Part shown: piece after piece, positions 49,501 through 61,230 of the stretch | How positions within the stretch are numbered: position 1 is the stretch's first letter | Layout: every line of letters begins with the position of its first letter | Origin: Convolutriloba macropyga | Lineage: Eukaryota | Direction of reading: 5' to 3' | NCBI RefSeq assembly: GCF_964194025.1 | Contig: NC_134472.1 | Span: 34,162,001-34,226,000 of the forward strand | DNA length: 64,000 bases | The notes under the pieces: model-generated | Seen by the model: only the letters and a program-made list of their open reading frames with translations | Database searches by the model: none | What the model was told of the DNA's origin: nothing | Position numbers and translations under genes: made by a program

Positions 49501-51300
49501 TTCATTGTTTTAAGAGAAACCTCGGACTCTCCAGCGAGAGTCCAACCAAGCTTAGTTTTGACCCCTATTGACGATTTTTGCTATGTTGGGTTACATCGAC
49601 TGTGTATGTGAAGTCAAATGTATTGACACCAAGGACGGCTCCTATATCACCGTTGGCTATGTCAGTGAAATGGAAAGGTGACTAAATTCCTTAAAGATGT
49701 GGCATAATTGATCAATTTCAAGAATGTTAGCGAGTGAAACGTTGAGACGTGGCGTGCTGTAGGTTCTTGCAAAACTGAATTGTTGGTTGACTTTGCTGTC
49801 ATTGTTTCACTTACTTTTGACAGTGGCATCTCAAGTTCATTGTTGAAATACTGCAGAGTTGTTGTTGCTTGCGTTTTGCAGAGAAGCTCAAAAAAGCTAG
49901 TAGCTTTATCCGCATGAAGGTGAATTGGGTTCGGGGATCAATCAAGGTGTAGGTATCCAACACTAAACATCCGCTTACAAACGAAATTGGAAGTATTTCT
50001 AGTTGTTCATACCATTCAAAAGGAGGAATTGTATTTCGGTTGATAATGATTATTTGGGTCGGATTCGAAGAATTCAAGTTGGCACGTTGAATATTTTGTT
50101 GATATGTTTTTTGTTTACCAGAAAACAACCAGCCGTATCTTTTTTGCTCGATTTATTTTCTGTTGACATTTTCAGTACTTTTGGTTTGATTTTGTTGTTG
50201 AAAAGATGATTGGGTTTGCTGGCTCGTTAGATTTCATGTCAACTGATTTGGATTGCTTGTTGAGAAAGCAGCGGTGAGCCACCTAAATTGTTTTGAAGGA
50301 TCATGCAAAGTTGTGGGGTGAAATTTTTACATGTTTACAATTGTTTTTTTGGACGGACAGGACTCATTAACATAATTGTTCCTTAGACAGCTCGAACAAA
50401 GTTTGATCTCGCTCACATTTTTGTACTGTGTTACGGTGACTGTTTTTGATATTCAAGGCATGTGACTTCGTTTGCATTTCTGGCAAGACTTGTGTGAATA
50501 ATCAGCATCTTTACGCGGCAGACAGGACGAATGATCATGGGAATTTGCGGGGCGATTTGAGTGCCATTCATTTTGTTTCCAATTGTTTGGCGATTTAATA
50601 GAAAATTGATAAATAGACTCTCAGCATTTTTCCCCTAATATCAGTGTTGTGTTAACTCTGCCAATATTTTTTGCGGGTTTATCTGAATGTGTTCAGACTA
50701 CTGAACGGCTTATGAACATTTTCGCTGTTGATTTTGTCGTAAACTTGTGCTTGTACTTCAAGCCATTTTTGGAATTTATAGAGTGTTGGTTGATTAACAA
50801 TTGATGTGATTGTAAACTCTGTCCATTTTATCAGAATATTATGTTGATCTTTTGCGTTTGCATTTTCATCAATGTCCAGTTTTAATTTTGTTTCAACTGA
50901 TTTGAATTGCTTGTTGAGAAAGCAGCGGTCGGCCGCTTAAATTATTTTGAAGTATCATGCAACTTTTTGTCGTGAAGTTCTTAAAAAGTTTGGCATCGTT
51001 TTGGATGGACAGGACTGAAGGACCAGTTTGTTACTTCTTATGCAAATCCCGCAAGATTTGTTTAAATAATCAGCATCTTTCAGCGGCAGAAATGGCGGTT
51101 GACCATGTTGCTTTGTAGAGCGGGTTGGGTGCAATGAATTTTTTTCCCCAATTTTTTGGTGATTCAATAGAAAAGTGGATCATTGCATCACTGCTCCAAA
51201 TATCAGTGTTGTTGTTAATTCTGTTAATGTTATTTTGTTTTTTCCGAATGTGTTCTGACTGCTAAAGGGCTTATGATCATTTTCACTGTTGATTTTGTTA
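46500..51300 (-). mobile_element. Decayed BEL/Pao LTR retrotransposon, copy A (gag-protease-RT-RNaseH-integrase; extra gag piece at about 50880-51300)
   Basis: Fragments DTYTLIDPRTQFTF (protease), ALSDIEGM and CYMDDY (RT), LHVFVDASMSA (Pao RNaseH), DLNTDTLLTALRRFCSRG and LNSWPL...PLTPNHFL (integrase); many stops and frameshifts. Confidence 0.9.
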
Positions 51301-52069
51301 GCTGCTGATTAAGTTGTACTTTTGTATTTTTCGAAAACAAAAATTTTCAAAGTCGTGAAAATCATTAGCTACAAAAAAATTTACTAAATAGGTTTGTTTA
51401 TTTGCCGAAAAGAAGCGGTTGATACCCGCAATTATCCAGAATATGTTTTACGTGTACAAAAAGAACGTCAGATATAGACAGAATTCAAAAATGTTTTGAT
51501 TTTTTGCAAAACAACCGTGTCGAAGCCACTGAAATTGTAATGAATTCTTTAAAAATAATTATTAGGTTTTGTACTTCAAATTCCATGTTGTCATATGTGA
51601 CCTGTATTTAATAAGAACATCTAACAGATAGACAAAAAAGTACAAGAAAGCAAATTTAAAATTTTTTATCTTTGAAAACAATTATTTTCAAGGTCTTCAA
51701 AGCCCTCAGCTATCTACTCAATTCGTATTATAGGCAAATATAGAAAATCACTGAGATCTTCATTCAAGCAGGAAGTTTCACACAGCTAAAAAGACAAAGG
51801 AAAAATTACAGTTAAAGACAAATGGAAAGATCTCGAATTAAATCTTCGGGAGAGGTGTCTCAAAGCCGTAAAAACGATAATATATGCCTTAAAAATCTTT
51901 TATATAATCAATTGTGCTTAATTTTGATTGCCAATAACATAACCAGTGAACTGTAAATAATGTGATAATGTCGAACAAAACAAGGAAAAACGTGAAAAAT
52001 GGGCTAATACCTAAAAATTTTGTAAAAAATGAAATCTAGTACTATCAAAACCAGAAAACCATCACTATA

Positions 52070-55000
52070 GTCTTCTACGTGTTGGCAGATACTCTTTCAC
52101 CAAGGGTTCCTGGTAGCAACGTTAGTCACTGGACTGGAATTGAGGATTGATTATGTTTCCAGCTTGATTGTAAAGAAAATTTCAAGAGACAGTCTCCTCA
52201 ATCGATCATAGAATGAGGAGGTGCGTTTTTTCGGCGCTCTGGATCACACTTTTCCAGACACCGCCGAACTGAGGGCCGTATGGGGGTCGAATTTCCACGT
52301 TGTATTAGGTACTGCTAGAAGTTTGAAGATTCTTTCAATGTCTAAGGGTTTAACAGTTTTCTACAGTTCTTCAGGAGTGCCAAAAATGGTTTTCCGTTGT
52401 CGCTGTAAGGAAATTTGGGGCTGGTGCTGGCGTTGACGACTGCAAAATCTTCGGAAATCCTTAAGGAACGTATCTGTGTTTAGGTCTGGACACGTTTCTA
52501 AGTGAAATGCACGCGTCACCATGCATGTAAATTTTAGGCCATGGTGTTATTCTACAAGTTTTTTGGAATCTTTGATCCAGAGGGGTCCAAAGGAATCTAC
52601 ACCAGAATTAGCAAAATAGAAATATGCATCTGCTGTTAGAAAACGAAAACTGGGTAATGGTGCCATAATTGGTCAAATGTATTCGTGGCAAACCGTCTAC
52701 TTAAGAAATAATAAAATCGTTTGCTTGCTAATGCTTTGCGAAGGCCAATCACATGGGAACGTTGTTGATTGAAGTCTTTTGTTGGTTCTGCTTACTGGTG
52801 AATACTTATTTGATGGGCGCGCTCCGAGTACAAACGAAATATTTTGTCTTTTGCCTGCAAAATGCTTGAACATTTTTCCAACTCCAGTTGTGTTGGTGCC
52901 TAATGCAATCGACTAGAAGATCTGAGCAATCCGTTGTGATCCAACAATGGGTTCAGGCATCGTATTTTTCACGTGGAATCTAGTAAAGATTGAACCACGG
53001 ATTGGGAAAAAAAATGTCCTGCAATAGTTTTGGGAGATAATTTATGGTTGAATGTCTTCATTTGTATACGGGTCATCGTTTGTTCGTTTTTTCTTTGAGC
53101 GATAAATTAGGTTGAAGACCGTTGCAAATGTCAGAAGACCTGTTCGATCTGGAAAGTTTGATCGAATCAACTACAGGATTAAGCTTTTTGAACTTCTCGT
53201 GACTATAGCACATGTTGCTGGTTTGTTTATCACATTCCACGCTGACTCAATTTTGTAAATGAGTGTGGCTAGTTTTAACCATTTTTGCTGAATTTCACTC
53301 GTCTCAACACCGCTAGTTCCCTAATCAGTGGAATTGAGATAAGTTGAGATGAAAGGCCATTGCTTGGGTGAACAAGTTCTTTGAATTTCTTGGAATCTAT
53401 TTGAACAGAATACTTTTTTCCTTTTTAAGGCTACCCAGTCCAAAACTACATGACTGTCGGACCAGAGAAAAATTTGGTTGAATGTCAGTGTCATTTCTCT
53501 TTAGCTCGGTTGGAGAAGCTGCGAGCCTGTAACGGCGACAGCTAGATACATTTTTTGCACGCTTATCTGTTTTTTGGGAGTAAATTTGCCATTTCCCATG
53601 AGAAAGCGCGCTCGTTGCTGACTTTTTTGGCTATTAGTGGTACGTAGGTAAGCAACGGTTGCCATAGCTGACATTGAGGAATCCCCAAAAATGTGATATT
53701 GGGTAGTTGGGTTTATGCTCTATTGATGAATAGTTCTCGGTATTTGAATTTCTGCCATGGCAAGGTAGCTGTTTAGAATAGAACTTTTTTGAGGGCGATT
53801 TGTAGTTCCAGCGGTTTCAATTCATTTCGCTGTTTTCAAGTTTTGAATCTGTTGCAGAGTTAAATTGATCCTAATTGTCAGATGTCACAACAGGCCGAAA
53901 GGATCAAGGGTTGAAGATACCAAACAGAAAAATTTCCTTTCTGTGTACAGTGCTGCATCTTTAGGAAATTGTTGTATGGGGAAAATGACAAAATTGGTGG
54001 ACGTCGTTATGAGGACCCTCATTATATCTTTTGTTTTGTCTTTTTCATCAGCTGAGATTTCAATCAGAACCTTCGGTGTGTTTGAAATAATCTTTTTCAG
54101 AATTAGACTTGAAGCCGCCAATTTTCAAGTAACCTTTTGTCTATGAAATTTTTGGCTTCCACTATTGTTGGCTGTGTCTGGATGTAGTCATCAATACAAA
54201 AGCGGTGCTTAGTGGCATTCAAGGCTGGTGCAATCGAAATTTTTCTGGACTGTTCCGCATATTTTTAGAGGACATAAATTGCGCAAAATGGTGAACATGT
54301 AGCACCGAGATTATTCTGTTAGACTCTCTGAATCTAAACTAAAACTCCACCTTAGTAATTTGGCAAATCGGGACCAATTAGAAGATTTGAGTTCAGTAAT
54401 TCACCCCGACAAAATGATGCTGCGTTGGCAACTCTTCCCATTTTTCACAATTTCTCTGGAATAGTGACTCTATGATGAAGTGAGTACCATTTCGACTCTA
54501 GAGGCTGCGCTTGCAATATGACTGGCTTGACAAATTTCGGGAACAGTTAGAAGATTTGATTTCAGTGATTCACACCAAATCTTTGATGTTGCGTGTGCAA
54601 CACTTCTTGTTTTAGGGGTTTGTTTGGAATATTGACTGTATGATGAGTTGAGTACCATATTGCTCTTGGGGTGGTGCCTGCATTTCGACTGGCTCGACAA
54701 AATTCTAATCCAAGTCTGTTTGGAATGTCTGGTTGTTCAGAAGTCGTTTTTGTAGATTTTTTAGCTGGCTGACTGCTGAGAATTAGTTGTGCTGAAGGTA
54801 CTTTGAAGATTTTCAAGTAGGTTCAGTTTCTTGTCTTTCACCGTTAATACTGATTGCATTTTCTATTGTTTGCACTACTATTTTTAATGAGGAGCTGTTT
54901 TCATTTTGTTCGAGAATGTACCTTCTTTTTTCCAAAGTTGTTGATTCAATTCCTTTGTTGGTTCTTCTTCAATGTCTTTCCGGCAGACAGATTTACCAGA

Positions 55001-56430
55001 CGGTTGTTGCTGTGGCTTGATATCTTTTTTTGCGAAACCTCGTACTCTCCAACAAGATTTCAACCAAGCTTTGTTTTGTTACCAAATTGACGATTTTTGT
55101 TACTTTGTATTACTTCGAATGGATATGTCAAGGCAAATGTATTGACACCAAGGAGGGCACCAATGCACCGCTGGCTATGTCAGAGAAATAAATGTGATTA
55201 AAACACTTGAAGGTGATGCATAACTGATTGAGTTCAAGAATGCTAGCGGGTGTTACGTTGAGTCATGGCGTTCTTGCAAAATTGAGTTGTTGGTTGATTT
55301 GTCAAACAGACACTATTTCATTTAATTTTGACAGTAACTTGTCATGTTCAGTGTTGAGATACTGCAGAGTGGTTGATGCTTGTGTTTCGCAGTGAAGCTC
55401 AAGAAAGCTAGTAGCTTTATCCGCATGAAGGTGAACTGGGTTCCGGGATCGATCAAGGCGTAGGTATCTAACACTATACTTCCGCTTGCAAACGAAACTG
55501 GAAATATTTGTAGTTGTTCATACCATTCAAAGAGAAGAATTGTATTTCGGTTGATACTGAATATTTGGGTCGGGTTCGAAGAATTCAAGTGGGCACGTTG
55601 AACATTTTGTTGTTGTGATTTTTGTTTAACAGAAAACAACTAACCGTATCTTTTTGCTCGCTCTATTTTCTGTTGACAGTTTCAGTACTTTTGGTTAGAT
55701 TTTGTTGTTGAAAAGATAACTCGGTTTGCTGGCTCAATAGATTTTACTCCAATTGATTTGGATTGCTGGTTGAGAAAGCAGCGGTGGGCCGACTAAATTG
55801 TTTTGAAGGATCATGCAAAGTTGTGTGGTGAAATTTTTGCATGTTTACCATGGTTTTTTTGGACGGACAGGACTCAATAACATAATTGTTTCTTAGACAG
55901 CTCGATTAAAGTTTGATCTTGCTCACATTTTTTTACTGTGTTAAGGTGACAAATTTTGATATTTAGGGGATGTAGCTAGTATGTGTCTTCGTTTGCATTT
56001 CTCGCAAGACTTGTGTGAATGATCAGCATCTTTACGTGGCAGAAAGGACGATTGATCATGGGAGATTGCGGGGCGATTTGAGTTCAATTCATTTTCTTTT
56101 CAATTGTTTGGCGATTTAATAGAAAAAATTGATAAATAGATTCTCAGCATTTTTGCTCCTAATATCAGAGTGTTGTTAATTCTGCTAATGTTTTTTTCGG
56201 ATTTATATGAATGTTTTCAGACTTCTAAACGGCTTATGAACATTTTCTCTGTTGATTTTGTCGTAAACTTGGGCTTGTACTTCAAGCCATTTTTGGAATT
56301 TATTGAGTGTTGGTTGATTAACAATTGATGTATACTCTGTCCATTTTATCAGTATATTATGTTGATTTTTTTCTTTTGCATTTTTCATCAATGTCCAGCT
56401 TTGCTATTCAGCTTTGTAATCTTTATTCTG
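52070..56430 (-). mobile_element. Decayed BEL/Pao LTR retrotransposon, copy B
   Basis: Colinear with copy A; DTYALIDPGTQFTF and KWTEY...PTLNKFQKWLEVQAQ (gag); part of RT is deleted near 54310. Confidence 0.88.
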
Positions 56431-57817
56431 ACGGCGGGCTTCCAATTGGTTGATGAAAGCATCCGCAACAGTGCTAGGGTTCCCAAAGTGATTCATAGGC
56501 TCCTTCCCAACTCAATACCCACACAGCTCTTCCTGGGCTGAGGAAATCGCTGCGGAACAATCGGATCGATCAACACCCAAAACAGTGGTCCCCAACTGGG
56601 CCTACTCAGGCCGAATTCATGTCCCACAACCAGGTAGCCAGCCACTGACATACCCACCGCCACCAAAGATGCCCACACCATTGTCATTTGTAGCTACCAT
56701 CCCACCATCTCACAGGTGTGTGCCGACAATCCCTCCAATTCGAGCTCAACCGACCTTTCTCCAACCCCAGCCCCCTCCTCACGATCGGCCAACATCTACC
56801 GATAATTATCCCTGCATGGATCTTTCCCCATGGAGAAGCCCCAGACCTATCAAATTTGAGATCTATCCCGTTCGTTCTTTCCCATTCCAGGGCTCACAGT
56901 CACCTGCACCACATATTGCCAGTCCTCCTAGAGGCACACAGTCCTCATCTTCAAAGGGTCGAGTAAATCCGTTCGCCCGTACACAAAGAGTGCTACACAG
57001 AGCACAGGGGTCGAATTTCAAGTTCCACCAATTCTCCAATCCTCTAGGCATCAACACGGATCACGATGTTTATGTCCCCGAGAGGATTACCTTTATTTCA
57101 ACACCACCACATCGCACGTTGAAACCAACCGCAAGCTCATGCTCCTTGGGACATCTGGAATATGAGTATGTTGAGGCACGATGAGATGAGGACCTCCTAC
57201 TAGAGTGCCTCCACTTCCCGTACAATCCCCGTCTTCCCCGCCTCCAACTGGAACAAATCCCAGCTACAAGACAGGATCAGATAGTTGAGTACTCTTGACA
57301 GGACAGAGGTTACGGGCCAGCACACCCTGTAAATGGCGCCTTTACTGACTCTACAACTGAAGTGGACAACTTAATGACGACACTAGTCGTCACTACTCAC
57401 AGGGACACTAGACGACAGCACAAGTCACAACTCCACTTCAACGACAACACGTTTCTTCACTCACTTCTACAGCGAGGATCACTCGTCCCACGTATTTCGG
57501 CTACAACTCACAGCCCCGGATTTGACACTCTTAACCCCGGATGGATGTAGCAGTAGAAATACTGGAGTTGCTCCTCCAACCAATCAGAGACTGAGAGGAG
57601 TGTATTCAGTCTATAAGAGTAGTTGTACGATGTGTATACCTCTGACTCCGACGTTAACTCTCTTATACATCGTTATAATTGATGTATATCTTCAGTATTT
57701 TGCAGAGTTTGTTAGTCTGAGAGAAATAGGTAAGCCTATTTTGGGCTCAAAAATAATTAGCGCTAGCTCTTTATACCTTATGGCTGTAACGGGAGCCCAC
57801 CTTGGGTCTGCCGTAGA
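56430..57817 (+). mobile_element. 3' part of an LTR retrotransposon (probably Ty3/gypsy): Pro-rich pol tail, PPT-like tract and 3' LTR (57546-about 57817)
   Basis: GC-richer segment with Pro/Ser-rich ORF 56585..57184; 57295-57817 is homologous to 22680-23234; GGATGGA|TGTAGCAG LTR start. Confidence 0.65.
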
Positions 57818-59219
57818 ATGAAAGTGAGATTTTTTACAAATATTTCACTGCAGTTTAACAGCAAGAATACCCAAAAGTTTTCCTTCCACTTAATAAAGGC
57901 GAACATCTTATTATACATGCCTACAGTAACCTTTGGCATTGTAGTGAAATAGTCACATGGTTCTCAAAGCTTGTCTCCTGCAAGCTCATAAGAGACACTA
58001 TAAAGAAGACAGGAGAAACTTCACACATAAAGTGGATCTTATAAGAGTAATCACTATTTTCTTCTCATGGGTAGAAAGATAGAATCACTCTCAGATATAA
58101 AAAAATGTGAAAATTAAATTTGAAAAACAAAATAATTTTTTTCATTGCACCAGAGCTGCTTCCTCAATTTCTAATACAATTGCCTTTATTGTTGAATGCC
58201 ACAGGCATGATGATTTGACATGCCTTCTGCCGTTTATTTCCAAAAATAAAAAAAAGGTTTTTATTCGCATGATGTTAATAAAACAAGAGCTCAGAATATT
58301 GGGGAAAATTTTGTCGCATTAATCAAAAACAAAATCCCGAAAACCTAGCTGCAAAACATATCAGAAAACACATAAAATTCAGAGCAAATGATGTGAAATA
58401 ATGTTTTTACAGCTCTGTATCCGTAAATATCCGGCCTATACTTGCCTCAGTCAAACAAGAAAAACTTTTAGACGGCACTTTGCATGAGCAGTCATTAAAT
58501 GAAAAGACTTTTACCAGAAAAGATATAAGACCTGTATCTATTGGGAATGAGCAACAGATAGGCAGAAAACCGAAAGAGAAAAATTAGAATATGCGTGTAT
58601 ACTTTTTGAATACAATTAATTTCAAAGTCTTGAAAGCTATTAGCAATTAAATGAAATCGTTCATTGGCTTCATTTACACCTGCATACAAAACCCTTGAGA
58701 CCTGTCATTAATCAGAAGGTCATGCTACTAAAAAACGTGCAAATACAGGCAAAAAAAGTCACCTCAGCTTTGCTAGGAAACGCTGTCGAAGCCACTATGA
58801 TCAAAAAATCTATTCACAAAATATTTTTTTAAAAAAATCAAAAATATTGAATATATTCAATTGAGCTTTTTTCCATTAATGTGATATGCGATTTTTATGT
58901 CTTGATTTGCCATTGATACGATCATTGGACAAAATAGCAATAGAAAACATCAAAAATTAAAGAGACTAGTCTGAATAGTTGCCGGAATAAGATCGAAATT
59001 GGCAAATCATATTACGATTACATTTTTGAAATCAAGTTTTCTAAATGCTTAAGGCATAACAACATTAAGACATCGACCTAAAAATGGTAAATAACTTAAC
59101 TTATTACTGCATAGGCCATACTGTTGCTCCTTCTCTGTTAGAATAAAAATTGTTCCAAATGTCGTCCAAACAGCTATTTGACCAAAAACTTTTTATGTCA
59201 AGATGAATAATGAATTTTG

Positions 59220-60190
59220 GTTACTAAATGAGTGTTATCAACAAAAGACCATTATGTATCAACTGAAAGCATTAGATAGTTATTTCAATAGCTCCGATGA
59301 GACCGAATTGGACATGTAATAATTTAGACTCTGTTATAAGACCACAAAGAGCTCATCAGTTACTTACATTACTGAAGAATTAAGTAACAAATTAAACATT
59401 TGTGGGAGTCATAAAAACCATGAGTTTTACAGCAAAAAAAAAACAAAAAGGACAGTTCCAATATATAACCGGAAAACTTTTTTTGTTTCAATGAACACCT
59501 GGCATTGCTATCGCTGTCGCTGTTAATAACTCATTTCTTCTTTTTACTTGGCGACAACTTTTTGACAAACTAAAATCCTAATACATGAAAATGCTTTTTT
59601 TGATATTTAGCTACTTAATTTAGCGAACAAACGCAAAAAAAATGTGTATCCAGGACCGGGGTGTACTTGGTACTAATCAGAAGACAGGAAGATTTTGTCT
59701 GCAGTTTTCACGTCTGCGTCTGCAACACCGCCCAAACGGGACTAAGTGGAACAAATAGGCGTCGTTGATAACATTTTTTCCGAAATAAAATGAAATGCTG
59801 AATTTTCAATAAATTGTCCGAAGGTTTTGCCAAAACAGTTGGTTCAAACTATTTATGAACTCTCTTCTCTCTTTAAACGTAAAATTAATGAGACTATTGG
59901 TATAAATTTCATTATATTTTAGCAAAAATTGAACAAAATTTAAGCAAAAATCACAAAAATTGTGAACCAAAAAACCGGAAAAAAATTTAACGTTCGCAAA
60001 ATTTTGAACCTCGGTAACTTCTCGGAAAAAGCTTAATAAAAAAAAACCTTTTCAATTTGAAATTCTACGCTTGATAAGCCTTCTAATGATACCACTCGCA
60101 ACCCTGTGAGATTAATATAACGATCGGCGAAAATTTTACTGAAGAAAAACGCCCAGTTGAGTATATAATTTTTCCCTGACTAAAGTGGGT
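59220..60190. repeat. Second copy of the 33640-34752 dispersed repeat
   Basis: Same shared strings as listed for 33640-34752. Confidence 0.7.
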
Positions 60191-60399
60191 TGGAATAAAG
60201 ATTAATTTTATCTGATTAAAGTGAACATAGTATCACACAAATACCACTTTGCAAAGCAGAATTGATTACTGAAAACAGCAAATTGTTAAATAAAAAGTTA
60301 CAAATTACTATTTAGTTTTCAGTTGTATATTATTTAGAACATGTTTTATAGGTCATTATAGCTACCAATAATTTTAAAAAATAGTTTAATTTGATATGC

Positions 60400-61230
60400 C
60401 CAAGTTGAAAAAAAGTGTCATAGCAAACGAAATAATAATTCTAAGGGATAGTTAGAATGATAAATGTTTGTTGCCGAATTTTTGTAAACCCAGAGTTATT
60501 TTGTCTGCTCACTGGTGGTATTCTGGTTGTTCTTGGATCATTCAAAGGCCTCATTCGAGGGACAATTCGCTAAACTTCTTCTATAATTAAGTGCGATTTA
60601 ATTGATTCAGGTTTTTTACAACTGCTATTTGCAATTTGTTGATAACTGTTTAATATTCTTAAATTGGTTCATATTGTAAATTTAAGAAGAAGAAGAAGAA
60701 GACATTTAAAACTAGCTATGTGAACGTTAAACGCATAAGCCTATCGATGATAAAGTGTGCAAGAATAACATGAATAAATATTTGTCAGCATTTGTCAGCT
60801 AGATGCTGAGAGTTGAGTTCCAAATCAGTCTATAGTTGTTGTTGTTGTTGTCTCTTGCCATATTTTAGGGTGTGTTTAAAAAACAGAGTCTGCTATCAAT
60901 TGTTAGTCCAAAACGTCATCAAAAAGTGTACTTTTATCAGACTTCTTTGTTGCCGATTTGTCTTCTAACATTTGTCACAGAAGGTGTTTCTTCAATTGGT
61001 TTGCTGAAACAAACGAACTCAGTTTTTGAAATATTCAAATTTAAAAGATGTTCTCTGAAGTATGGCTAATTTACTGGAGTAAATTAGTTCTCCGATGTAG
61101 CTAGGAAGTAGCTGGCTAAGTTTGATTCCAGATATTTCCTTGCTATATTTGGTCTCCAATAGAAGCAAAAACTAGGCACACTTCGGCATATTGTATCAAC
61201 TTTACCAGTAGTGGGTGATATGTGCTACCT
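60400..61230 (-). mobile_element. Decayed LINE reverse-transcriptase fragment
   Basis: Manual translation gives KLIQYAEVCLVFAS (decayed QYADD), YFREHLLNLNISKTEFVCFSK and GLTIDSRLCF, all typical non-LTR RT motifs. Confidence 0.7.

Noticed and set aside
50870-56400. Apparent identical breakpoint (TCATCAATGTCCAG) in both Pao copies
   Set aside because: Copy B continues with gag-like sequence to about 56430; only copy A breaks there.
56585-57184. 199-aa Pro-rich ORF as a host gene
   Set aside because: GTG start, no recognisable domain, and it lies directly upstream of a PPT-like tract and LTR; better explained as a retrotransposon tail.
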